DNA of 64,000 nucleotides, from assembly GCA_964575715.1 (NCBI GenBank), contig CAZNSG010000329.1, positions 13,054 to 77,053 of the forward strand. Reading direction: 5' to 3'. This document shows positions 29,370-37,790 of the stretch, piece by piece (position 1 is the first letter of the stretch; each line of letters starts with the position of its first letter). The position numbers and the translations under genes are program-made. The notes beneath the pieces were generated by a model. It ran no database searches. It was not told where the DNA came from and saw only the letters and a program-made list of their open reading frames with translations. The stretch is from an uncultured Hyphomicrobiales bacterium. GTDB taxonomy: Bacteria; Pseudomonadota; Alphaproteobacteria; Rhizobiales; Xanthobacteraceae.

Positions 29370-30553
29370 GCCCCCTCCCCAACCCTCCCCCGCAAGCGGG
29401 AGAACAGCTCAGCAGCGCCTTCGGCGTCTACGTGCATTGGCCGTTCTGCCTCTCGAAATGCCCCTATTGCGACTTCAACAGCCACGTGCGCCATGCCGCC
29501 GTTGACGAGGCGCGCTTCCTACGCGCGTTCGTGGCCGAGATCGCGACCACCGCCGAGCGCGTTCCCGGACGCATGGTCTCGTCGATATTCTTAGGCGGCG
29601 GCACGCCGTCGCTGATGCAGGCCCAGACCGTGGGCGCCATACTCGACGCCATCGGCAGGCACTGGAGCGTCGCGCCCGATGTGGAGGTCACGCTCGAAGC
29701 CAATCCATCGAGCGTGGAAGCGACGCGGTTTCGCGGCTATCGCGCGGCCGGCGTCAACCGGGTCTCGCTCGGCGTGCAGGCGCTTGACGATGGCGCGCTC
29801 AAGGCGCTCGGCCGATTGCATAGCGCGCGCGAGGCGCTCGACGCGGTGGCGATTGCGCGCGCGACGTTCGAGCGTTATTCGTTCGATCTGATCTACGCGC
29901 GGCCCGATCAGACGCCCGCGACCTGGAAGCCGGAACTGTCGCGCGCGCTTTCCGAAGCGGGCGAGCATCTCTCGCTCTATCAATTGACCATCGAGGCCGA
30001 TACGCCGTTCTTTACTCTGCACGCCAGCGGCAAGCTGGTCATTCCCGATGAAGATACCGCGCGCGAGCTCTACGACACCACGCAGGAACTGTGCGCGCGC
30101 GCAGGACTTCCGGGCTACGAGGTTTCCAACCACGCGCGGGCGGGCGGCGAGTGCCGGCATAATCTCGTCTACTGGCGCACGCACGAATACGCCGGCATCG
30201 GACCGGGCGCGCATGGCCGGATCGACATCGCGGGGCAGCGCCACGCCACCGCGACGGAGCGGCGGCCGGAGGCCTGGCTGATGCAAGTGGAAGCGCAGGG
30301 CCATGGACTGGTGACCGACGACGTGCTGCTACGCGAGGAGCGGGCGGACGAATTTCTGCTGATGGGATTGCGGCTCTCAGAAGGCGTCGACCTTGCGCGT
30401 TATGCCATGATCGCAGGCAAGCCGCTCGATCCGCTGCAAATCGGCAAGCTCGCGGAGCTGGGCTTCATCGCAACCGACGGCGCGGGGCGGTTGCGGGTCA
30501 CGCAAGCCGGTTTCCCGGTGCTCGATGCGGTGGTCGCGGATTTGGCGGCGTGA
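29366..30553 (+). CDS. hemW: Radical SAM heme chaperone HemW (HemN-like, oxygen-independent coproporphyrinogen oxidase family)
   Basis: [16 protein letters not shown] and a HemN C-terminal domain. The first ~12 codons overlap a repeat-derived 20-mer. Confidence 0.88.
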   Translation: MSPLPNPPPQAGEQLSSAFGVYVHWPFCLSKCPYCDFNSHVRHAAVDEARFLRAFVAEIATTAERVPGRMVSSIFLGGGTPSLMQAQTVGAILDAIGRHWSVAPDVEVTLEANPSSVEATRFRGYRAAGVNRVSLGVQALDDGALKALGRLHSAREALDAVAIARATFERYSFDLIYARPDQTPATWKPELSRALSEAGEHLSLYQLTIEADTPFFTLHASGKLVIPDEDTARELYDTTQELCARAGLPGYEVSNHARAGGECRHNLVYWRTHEYAGIGPGAHGRIDIAGQRHATATERRPEAWLMQVEAQGHGLVTDDVLLREERADEFLLMGLRLSEGVDLARYAMIAGKPLDPLQIGKLAELGFIATDGAGRLRVTQAGFPVLDAVVADLAA

Positions 30554-30768
30554 AAGCGTGCGGATCAGCAAGATTGGCCCGGCCAAACTTTGATTAGGCC
30601 AGTCGGGACGCTTGCAGGCTTGAAGTCAAATGGGGCAATGCCAGCAACACTTCCAGGATTGTGCGCGAGGTCCATTGGCACTTCGCGTCGCCGCGCACTC
30701 CGTCCGCTTCCAGAGCATAGCGGCGGTTGTCGGTTGCTTCATGTATCGGCAGCGCGAGGCAGCCCGAC

Positions 30769-32007
30769 TTAGCGCCCGGCCGCGAAGGCGCGCGGGGCCT
30801 GGCTGATGATCTCGCCGCCGGCGGTCGAGACGCGCATGACCGCCAGGCCGCGCTCGTTGGTGCCGTCGGGACGGAAGCGAAAAATACCGTCGACGCCGGC
30901 AAAGCCCGCGCTGCTGGCCAGCACTTCGGTAGCGAACCGCCGTTCGCCTTGCGTCTTGGCCAAAGCAATGACCAGCGTGACCGCGTCATAGGCAAGCGTC
31001 GCCGCGCGCGCCGGATCGGAATTGAAGCGGGTGCGGTAGCGGCCGGAGAAATTACGAAAGCCGGCGGTGTCGGGGGCGGCATACCAGGCGCCCTGCAACG
31101 CGGGATCGGCGAAGGTGCGCGTATCGTCCCACAGGCCGGTGCCGAGAAGCTGCAGCCGCTTGAGATTGACTCCGCTCGCGCTCAAGGCCTTGACCACCGC
31201 GGGGACGGCGTCACTGCCATCAGGAATGAAGATCGCGTCGACCCGGCTTGCCGCCTGCGCGACGGTGCGGACCGAAGCCTGCAATTTGGCGGTATCGAGC
31301 GGATAGCGTTCGAGCGCGACGATACGGCCGCCATGGCGTGGGACAATCTGCTTGAACGCCGCCTCGACCACGGTGCCATAGGCATTGTCGGGAAGCAGCG
31401 CCGCGAACGAGCGTTTGCCGTTGGCGGCGGCAAATCCGACGATGCGATCCACGTCGGATTCCGGCAGGAAGCTCAGCAGATACACTCCGCTGGCGGCGAC
31501 ATCGGCGTTGGTGGAGAAGGCGATGACCGGCACGCCCTTGCCGCGCGCGAGCGCGGCGACGCTCCCGACCGAATGTCCGAACAGCGGCCCGAGAATGAGT
31601 TCGGCCCCTTCATCGAGGGCCTGTTGCGCCGCCTGCTGCGAGCCTTGCGCGGTGCCGCCATCGTCCTTGACCAGCAACTTGATGTTTTGTCCGTCGCGCT
31701 CCGCGATCGCCATTTCGGCGGCATTTTTCAGGGATTGCGCGGCGGCGCCGGCGTTGCCGGTGGCCGACAACGGCAGGATCAAACCAATCTTGATCTGGCC
31801 GGTGCCAATCTCGCTCGCGGAGGGCGACGCGGGCGGTGTTTCACCGGGCGGCTTGTCGCCGAACAGACTCCCGGGCATGCCCGAACACGCCGTAAGCCAT
31901 CCCATCGCCGCAAGCATGAGGGCGACGCGCCACGTGCGGCGCGGGCTCACAGATCGCAATCGTGCTGCTAGCCGCCGGACCATGGCCAGTCTCCTCGACG
32001 CCGACAT
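30769..32007 (-). CDS. Penicillin-binding protein activator (LpoA/LppC-like) lipoprotein with a Leu/Ile/Val-binding-protein fold
   Basis: Lipobox LAAMGWLTAC and a type I periplasmic binding fold. Divergent from rsmI, like E. coli yraL/yraM. Confidence 0.7.
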   Translation of the reverse strand: MSASRRLAMVRRLAARLRSVSPRRTWRVALMLAAMGWLTACSGMPGSLFGDKPPGETPPASPSASEIGTGQIKIGLILPLSATGNAGAAAQSLKNAAEMAIAERDGQNIKLLVKDDGGTAQGSQQAAQQALDEGAELILGPLFGHSVGSVAALARGKGVPVIAFSTNADVAASGVYLLSFLPESDVDRIVGFAAANGKRSFAALLPDNAYGTVVEAAFKQIVPRHGGRIVALERYPLDTAKLQASVRTVAQAASRVDAIFIPDGSDAVPAVVKALSASGVNLKRLQLLGTGLWDDTRTFADPALQGAWYAAPDTAGFRNFSGRYRTRFNSDPARAATLAYDAVTLVIALAKTQGERRFATEVLASSAGFAGVDGIFRFRPDGTNERGLAVMRVSTAGGEIISQAPRAFAAGR

Positions 32008-32060
32008 ACTAACGTCGACGTTAGACCATGATCCGATTCAATTGAATCGGATCATGGTCT
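32008..32060. repeat. Two overlapping perfect palindromes: 16 bp ctaacgtcgacgttag and 40 bp tagaccatgatccgattcaattgaatcggatcatggtcta
   Basis: Read directly at 32008-32023 and 32021-32060. Confidence 0.9.
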
Positions 32061-32072
32061 AGTTTATTGTTT

Positions 32073-32121
32073 GAGCATGATCTTTTCCGAAAACCGGTTC
32101 CCACTTTTCGGGATCATGCTC
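32073..32121. repeat. 49-bp MITE-like element, family 2 (gagcatgatc ... gatcatgctc)
   Basis: 10-bp terminal inverted repeats. A near-identical copy is at 45730-45778. Confidence 0.85.
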
Positions 32122-32195
32122 TAGTGTCCCGAATCCGAAGTTCGCCTGAATTCACAGCGCCAGCGTAAGCGAACTTCGGATTCAAAGGGACACTA
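32122..32195. repeat. Hairpin element (arms tagtgtcccgaatccgaagttcgc / gcgaacttcggattcaaagggacacta)
   Basis: Imperfect ~24-nt inverted arms read directly. Confidence 0.8.
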
Positions 32196-32208
32196 TCAAT
32201 GTACAATT

Positions 32209-32287
32209 CTAGTGTGGTTTTGGTTCAGAAGTTCCCTTGACGGACTCAGCCGCGGGGATGAAGGGAACTCCTGAACCACCACACTAG
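32209..32287. repeat. Hairpin element bounded by ctag (arms ctagtgtggttttggttcagaagttccctt / aagggaactcctgaaccaccacactag)
   Basis: Imperfect ~28-nt inverted arms read directly. Confidence 0.8.
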
Positions 32288-32397
32288 CCCACGCCGATAA
32301 TCTGGCATATTGTCGGTGAATAGTTAACTAAATGAAAAGGATAACGAATTTGCCGGCGCCCGATGACGCCATGCCTGCGCGCGGCTAAAGTGCGAGC

Positions 32398-33354
32398 ATG
32401 CAGGAAAGCGACCAAGCCTCGTCCGCCGGCCGACCGGGGCGTAGAAGCCGCGGCGATCGGCATTACGTGCTCGCCGGGAATGAGGTCGAAGCTCCGGCGC
32501 TGGCGAGCGGGCTGCATCTTGTCGCCACTCCGATCGGCAACTTGCGGGACATAACCTTGCGCGCGCTCGAAGTGCTCGCGAGCGCCGATGTGATCGCCTG
32601 CGAGGATACGCGAGTGACGCGCAAGCTGCTCGATCACTATGGCATCGCGACGCCGATGACACCCTATCATGAACATAATGCAGCCTCCGCACGGCCAAAG
32701 CTGCTGGCGCGGCTAGCGGCCGGGCAAGCCATCGCACTGGTGTCGGACGCGGGCACGCCACTCATTTCCGATCCCGGTTATAAGCTTGTGCGCGCGGCGC
32801 GCGATGCCGGTCATCATTTGACGCCATTGCCCGGAGCATCGGCGGCGCTGGCGGCATTGATCGTCACCGGGTTGCCGACCGACCGGTTTTTCTTCGAAGG
32901 GTTCCTGCCGGCCAAGGAGGGGCAGCGCCGCACGCGCATTGCGGAGCTGGCGCACATTCCGGCTTCGCTGGTGTTGTTCGAGACGGGTCCGCGGCTTGCG
33001 CGCGCGCTTTCCGATCTGGCCGCGGGTTTGGGCGCGCGCGAGGCTGCGGTTTGCCGCGAACTGACCAAGCTGTACGAGGAAGTACGGCGCGGCGAGCTTG
33101 CAGCGCTGGCGCGCGACTATGCCAGCGAGACGCCGCCGCGGGGCGAGATCGTCGTCATCATCGCGCCGCCGGCGGCTAAGTCCGGCGAACTCGATGCCGT
33201 TGCGCTCGATGCAATGCTGCGCCGCGCACTTCTACGCGCGTCGGTCAAGGACGCCGTCGCCGAAGTCACCGCCGCGACCGGGCAGCCGCGGCGCGAAATC
33301 TACCAGCGCGCGCTTGCGCTCAGCGATGAGAACGAAGATGGCGCGGCGCGCTGA
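32398..33354 (+). CDS. rsmI: 16S rRNA (cytidine1402-2'-O)-methyltransferase
   Basis: [40 protein letters not shown]. Confidence 0.88.
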   Translation: MQESDQASSAGRPGRRSRGDRHYVLAGNEVEAPALASGLHLVATPIGNLRDITLRALEVLASADVIACEDTRVTRKLLDHYGIATPMTPYHEHNAASARPKLLARLAAGQAIALVSDAGTPLISDPGYKLVRAARDAGHHLTPLPGASAALAALIVTGLPTDRFFFEGFLPAKEGQRRTRIAELAHIPASLVLFETGPRLARALSDLAAGLGAREAAVCRELTKLYEEVRRGELAALARDYASETPPRGEIVVIIAPPAAKSGELDAVALDAMLRRALLRASVKDAVAEVTAATGQPRREIYQRALALSDENEDGAAR

Positions 33355-33745
33355 CGGCCGCGGCCCACCCCGCAAAGAGCCGCGACCGGAACGCCAAGTT
33401 GCGTTTCGCCTAGGGCTTTCGGCGGAAAGCCGTGCGGCCGCCTACCTGATCGCCAAAGGCTACCGCATCGTGGCGCGGCGCTGGCGCAGTCCCGTGGGCG
33501 AAGTCGATATCGTCGCGCGCCGCAGGCAAGTGCTGGTCTTTGTCGAGGTCAAGGCGCGGGCGCGGCTTGACGACGCGGCCGAGAGCGTGACCGAACGCCA
33601 GCAGCGCCGGATCGCAGCGGCCGCGGCGGCCTGGCTCAGTGAACATCCCGACGATGCGATGAGCGATATCCGGTTTGACGCCGTGCTGGTCGCCCCCGGC
33701 CGGCTGCCGCGTCACATCGTTGCGGCGTTCGACGCGGAAGGCTGA
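33338..33745 (+). CDS. yraN: YraN-family (UPF0102) endonuclease-like protein
   Basis: The ATG at 33338 overlaps the rsmI 3' end. [25 protein letters not shown]...GEVDIVA...VFVEVKAR. Confidence 0.75.
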   Translation: MARRADGRGPPRKEPRPERQVAFRLGLSAESRAAAYLIAKGYRIVARRWRSPVGEVDIVARRRQVLVFVEVKARARLDDAAESVTERQQRRIAAAAAAWLSEHPDDAMSDIRFDAVLVAPGRLPRHIVAAFDAEG

Positions 33746-33857
33746 GACGCGGAGCGGCAGACGTTTTCCAACATGTACCGTCCGGCGCTTATGGGCAGAT
33801 TGACGATTAGATGTTAAGTCCTCGCATTCGTAGCATATCTTTTCTCCGAGATTCACC

Positions 33858-34802
33858 ATGAAGCTAAACGTCGCGGTGCAGATGGACCCGATCGAGCGGA
33901 TCAATATCCGCGGCGATTCGACCTTCGCGCTGTTGCTGGAAGCGCAGGCGCGCAAGCACGCACTCAGCTATTACACCCCCGACCGGCTGGCGTTCCTGGG
34001 GAAGCGACTGTTCGCCACGGTGCAGCCGCTGCAAGTGCGCGACAAGCCGGGCGACCACTGCACGCTCGGTGAAGGCAAGCGGGTCGAGCTTTCCGTTTTC
34101 GACGTCATCCTGATGCGCCAGGACCCGCCGTTCGATCTCGCCTACATCACCGCGACGCATCTGCTCGAGCACGTCCATCCCAAGACGCTGGTGATCAACG
34201 ACCCGGCGCAGGTGCGCAACGCGCCGGAGAAGGTTTTCGTCACCGAATTTCCCGAGCTGATGCCGCCGACGCTGCTTACGCGCGACCTTGCCGAGATCAA
34301 GGCCTTTCGCAAGGAGCACGGCGACATCGTGATGAAACCGCTCTACGGCAAGGGCGGCGAAGCGGTGTTTCGGCTGGCGGTGGAGGATCTCAATTTCGGC
34401 TCGCTGTACGATCTGTTCGCAGCCACGTTCCGCGAGCCCTGGGTGGTGCAGAAATTCCTCCCCGCGGTGATGCAGGGCGACAAGCGAATTATCCTGGTCG
34501 ACGGCGAGTTCGCGGGCGCGGTGAACCGCGTGCCGGCACCGGACGATCTGCGCTCCAACCTGGCGCGCGGCGGCGTGCCGAAGGCGACCGAGCTGACCGC
34601 GCGCGAGCGCGAGATTTGCACGACGATCGGACCGGCGTTGCGCGCGCGCGGCCTCTTGTTCGTCGGCATCGATGTGATCGATGGCTTCCTGACCGAGATC
34701 AATGTCACCTCGCCGACGGGAATTCGCGCGATCAAGAACCTGGGCGGGCCGGATGTGGCTGCGCTGGTGTGGGACAAAATCGAGGGGAAGCGGCGACGTT
34801 GA
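33858..34802 (+). CDS. gshB: Glutathione synthetase
   Basis: 314 aa, ATP-grasp fold. [27 protein letters not shown]. Confidence 0.93.
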   Translation: MKLNVAVQMDPIERINIRGDSTFALLLEAQARKHALSYYTPDRLAFLGKRLFATVQPLQVRDKPGDHCTLGEGKRVELSVFDVILMRQDPPFDLAYITATHLLEHVHPKTLVINDPAQVRNAPEKVFVTEFPELMPPTLLTRDLAEIKAFRKEHGDIVMKPLYGKGGEAVFRLAVEDLNFGSLYDLFAATFREPWVVQKFLPAVMQGDKRIILVDGEFAGAVNRVPAPDDLRSNLARGGVPKATELTAREREICTTIGPALRARGLLFVGIDVIDGFLTEINVTSPTGIRAIKNLGGPDVAALVWDKIEGKRRR

Positions 34803-34814
34803 ACTTCTCGTCTG

Positions 34815-35390
34815 TCATGCTGCGAGTTCTTTGGGGATAGACCTAAGAAAATCGATCGTCACAAGAACTTTTCCGAAAGGTGTGTTTACTTCAACCGTGT
34901 TTGATTCACGCGGATCGAATGTGAGATCGATTCCAAATCGGTATTCAACTTGCTGGCCCTGTACACCTTGAACAAGCCAGACCCCCGGTGGCACCGTGAG
35001 ATTCAGACGAATATCGATGCCATCTGGGTGAGTTTGGCTGGGTTCATATGACCCATCATATTCGACGCCAGCGGTGTCCGACCCAAATACGATGCCGCCG
35101 CTAAGCACTATTACTCCGTTACCTTGACCGAATTTCCCTGCAAAGTTTACCGCATACATTCCATCAAGCATGATCGAGTCCTCCTTTTTGAGGCGAGTCA
35201 TTTCCTGTGCCTGTAACGCTTTGGGCAACGAAGCGAGCAGTCTTAAATAAGCCTGAACTGGACCTGGTACTTCTCGTGCGCCATTGGCCCACAAACTCAC
35301 CGCTCTTGGTGTCACGCTGACAAGACGCGCCAGATTGACTTGTGAAATGCCTAGATTTTTTAGCGCTTCACGGAAATCTGCTGTGTCCAT
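34815..35390 (-). CDS. XRE-type HTH protein with a C-terminal beta-rich domain that resembles the GrlR-like lipocalin fold
   Basis: Sits in a low-GC segment. HTH LGISQVNLARLVSVTPRAVSLWANG. C-terminal DGMYAVNF..G.GVIVLSGGIVFGSDTAGVEYDGSY. ATG 35390 is preferred to 35483. Confidence 0.55.
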   Translation of the reverse strand: MDTADFREALKNLGISQVNLARLVSVTPRAVSLWANGAREVPGPVQAYLRLLASLPKALQAQEMTRLKKEDSIMLDGMYAVNFAGKFGQGNGVIVLSGGIVFGSDTAGVEYDGSYEPSQTHPDGIDIRLNLTVPPGVWLVQGVQGQQVEYRFGIDLTFDPRESNTVEVNTPFGKVLVTIDFLRSIPKELAA

Positions 35391-35491
35391 GATAAACTTA
35401 TAAACCTTTTGTTCTGTTTTTGCAAGAACTATTTGTACCTTTCTGAGAGGAACATCGTGCGCAAATAATAATCTATCGGCCATAGGCGTAG

Positions 35492-35511
35492 TTTTGTTTG
35501 AGCAATGCTAG
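35492..35511. repeat. Collapsed remnant of a family 2 repeat (ttttgtttgagcaatgctag)
   Basis: Compare ttttgtttgagcatgatc...gatcatgctctag at 32063-32124 and 45721-45778. It contains the ATG at 35505. Confidence 0.45.
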
Positions 35512-36869
35512 TCCCTTTGGACCGGTTGTTCCCTAAACGTTCTTGCGCAGGCCATCGCGCGCTCTACAACATGATCGGCTGCAATCTCTCGCGCTTCTGC
35601 CTGATGATCGGCGAGAAGCCGTTGGATCACCCGCTCAAGGCAGTGCAAGCGCTGCAGCGGAAATTGGGGCGCAAGATGCCGCCGCGGGAAGTTCCGGCCG
35701 AATCCGCCATCTGCAATCAAAATATCGTCAACGGTGAAGCGATCGACATTCGGATATTCCCGGCGCAGCGGATGTGGCCGCTCGACGGCGGGATGTATCT
35801 CGGCACCGGCGACGCCGTGATCACCAAGGATCCCGAGACCGGCCGCATCAATGTCGGCACCTACCGCATGATGATCAAGGGCCCGCGCGAAATCGGCGTC
35901 TACACTTCGCCCGGCAAGGACGCCGGCCTCGACCGCGAGAAATACTGGAAGATGGGCAAGCCGATGCCGATCGCGGCGGCGTTCGGCATCGATCCGCTGT
36001 TGTTTCTGGTGGCCGCGACCAGCCTGCCGAAGACCGAGAGCGAGTATGAATATTATTCCGGCATCAACGGTGCGCCGATCGATCTCTTCACCAGCGATCT
36101 GACCGGCCTGCCGCTGCCGGCGCGCGCGGAAATCATCCTGGAGGGCTTCGTCTATCCGAACGAGACCTTCGCCGAAGGGCCGTTTGGCGAATTCACCGGC
36201 TATTACGGCCGGCCGAGCGGCGCCACCCCGTTCATGCGCGTCGAGCGCGTGCGCTATCGCAATAATCCGACGCTCACCTGCGCGCTGATGGCGGAGAACG
36301 CCGCCAATGAAGCCGGCCTGTTCTGGGCTTGCCTGCGCGCGGCGGGCATTTGGGCGGACTTGCAGAAATTGGGCGTGCCGGGCGTGCAAGGGGTGTGGTC
36401 GATCCCGGAAGCCGCCGGCTGGGGCATCACCGTGGTTTCGATCACGCAGATGTACGCCGGCCATGCCGCGCAGGTGATGGCGCTTGCCGCGCAATGCACG
36501 GCGGGCGCCTATTTCGGGAAATATGTGATCGTGGTCGACGATGACATCGATCCGAGCAACGTGCATCAGGTGCTGTGGGCGATGGCGACGCGCTCACGCC
36601 CCGCACAATCAATCGATATCCTGCGCGAAACCTGGAGTACGTTTCTCGACCCGAGCCAGAATCCGCCGGAAATCCGCCCCTGGGGATCGAAGTGCCTGAT
36701 CAACGCCTGCATGGAATATAAGTTCATCAAGAGTTACTCAAAGCGCGCCAAACTCTCGAAGAAAACTTATGACAAAGTGGTCAGCCGCTGGCAGGAGTTG
36801 GGATTGAGCGGTTCGGCGCCCGTCATTTCGGTGTTCGAGGACGAGAGCGGGCCGACCAAAACCGATTGA
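35505..36869 (+). CDS. UbiD-family (prenyl-FMN-dependent) decarboxylase, apparently 5'-truncated
   Basis: 454 aa. UbiD core motifs (GTYRMM, EGPFGEFTGYY, VVDDDID). Lacks the roughly 45-50 N-terminal residues typical of the family. Confidence 0.7.
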   Translation: MLVPLDRLFPKRSCAGHRALYNMIGCNLSRFCLMIGEKPLDHPLKAVQALQRKLGRKMPPREVPAESAICNQNIVNGEAIDIRIFPAQRMWPLDGGMYLGTGDAVITKDPETGRINVGTYRMMIKGPREIGVYTSPGKDAGLDREKYWKMGKPMPIAAAFGIDPLLFLVAATSLPKTESEYEYYSGINGAPIDLFTSDLTGLPLPARAEIILEGFVYPNETFAEGPFGEFTGYYGRPSGATPFMRVERVRYRNNPTLTCALMAENAANEAGLFWACLRAAGIWADLQKLGVPGVQGVWSIPEAAGWGITVVSITQMYAGHAAQVMALAAQCTAGAYFGKYVIVVDDDIDPSNVHQVLWAMATRSRPAQSIDILRETWSTFLDPSQNPPEIRPWGSKCLINACMEYKFIKSYSKRAKLSKKTYDKVVSRWQELGLSGSAPVISVFEDESGPTKTD

Positions 36870-36908
36870 GCGGCGCGCGCCGCTTATACCAACGGCGCTA
36901 AGTAATGA

Positions 36909-37167
36909 CCGTCATCCTGAGGTGCTCGGCGCCATAGCAGGCGCAGCCTGCGTACACTTGGCTGCGATGCGCCGAGCCTCGAAGGATGCACGGCCACCAA
37001 TCTCGGGTTTACCCGAGATTGGCATTTCAAGTGCGCAAGTCGGCTATAGCCGACTTGCGATGCCGTCGCCCACCGATCTCGGGTTTACCCGAGATCGGAA
37101 TTTGGATGCGCAAGTCGGCCAAGCCCGACTTGCGATGGCTCGCTTCGCTCGCGCCTCAGGGTGACGG
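36909..37167. repeat. Composite 259-bp family 1 element with nested hairpin modules
   Basis: Termini ccgtcatcctgagg / cctcagggtgacgg. Internal atctcgggtttacccgagat x2 and gcgcaagtcggc(tat/caa)agcccgacttgcg x2. Confidence 0.85.
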
Positions 37168-37199
37168 GAAAAGTGAGTCATCCATTCTCGCCGTTGGTA

Positions 37200-37499
37200 T
37201 TATTTGCAATTCTGATCGGTGTAGCTCCAGGTGATATTGTCCAGCACGATACCCTGCTGACAATAGCTGAGCTTCCGGGTCGGCGTTCCGGTCAAACGGA
37301 TGGCGCGCTGGCCGATCTCGGGGCGCTGCCTTGCTCCGCTGATGTTGTAGGTCTTGTTGTCCGCCCCGCGCAGCACCATGCAGTTGGCCTCGACGCCGGG
37401 CGTCGGGCAGCCGATCACAGTGACCCGTTGCTGCGCATTCGCCAAAACTCCGCTCATGGCCAGCAGCGAAGCGGCGGTAATTCCCGTGCTGATTTTCAT
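37200..37499 (-). CDS. Small exported 4-Cys protein, hypothetical
   Basis: 99 aa. Signal peptide MKISTGITAASLLAMSGVLANA. Cys pairs in GCPTPGVEANC and SYCQQG...QNC. Confidence 0.5.
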   Translation of the reverse strand: MKISTGITAASLLAMSGVLANAQQRVTVIGCPTPGVEANCMVLRGADNKTYNISGARQRPEIGQRAIRLTGTPTRKLSYCQQGIVLDNITWSYTDQNCK

Positions 37500-37790
37500 T
37501 TGCGCTACTCCCCTGGGCGTTTAGCGGCTCGATTGATGGTCGCCGCAACACATGATTAAGCGCCGGTGAATGCCTTTGGTCTGCGTCCAAAAGAAGGCTT
37601 TGACTATGCGGCGAGCGCTCAATTCCTGCCGCCAGCGGTATCGCAGGCCGATTTCTTCAAATTCGATCATTTCCATTAGCCTGGCGTCAACCTTGCACTC
37701 GAAGCGTCCGCGTATGGGAAGGGGAATGGCAAGATTCAGCGGCCAAAATCACCCTGGAGAATTCCGGGAAATGCAGAATCCGGCGTCAAA

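Noticed and set aside
30727-31971. 414-aa plus-strand ORF opposite the lpoA-like gene. Similar long antisense ORFs: 42305..43492 (opposite hisE/hisF), 44469..45533 (opposite hisH), 35508..36566 (opposite the UbiD gene), 57787..58779 (opposite hemE), 13558..14382 (opposite the radical SAM gene), 17173..17928 (opposite dapB)
   Set aside because: Each is antisense to a gene with clear family motifs. Their own translations show no motifs and have biased Arg/Ala/Gly composition. They are GC-driven open frames.
36922-37234. ORFs 36922..37164 and 36986..37234, plus 19627..19827 and 61796..62077, that fall inside intergenic repeats
   Set aside because: They are translations of palindromic repeat elements. 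The same peptide fragments, such as [12 protein letters not shown], recur wherever the repeat occurs, including as a false N-terminal extension of gpmA.
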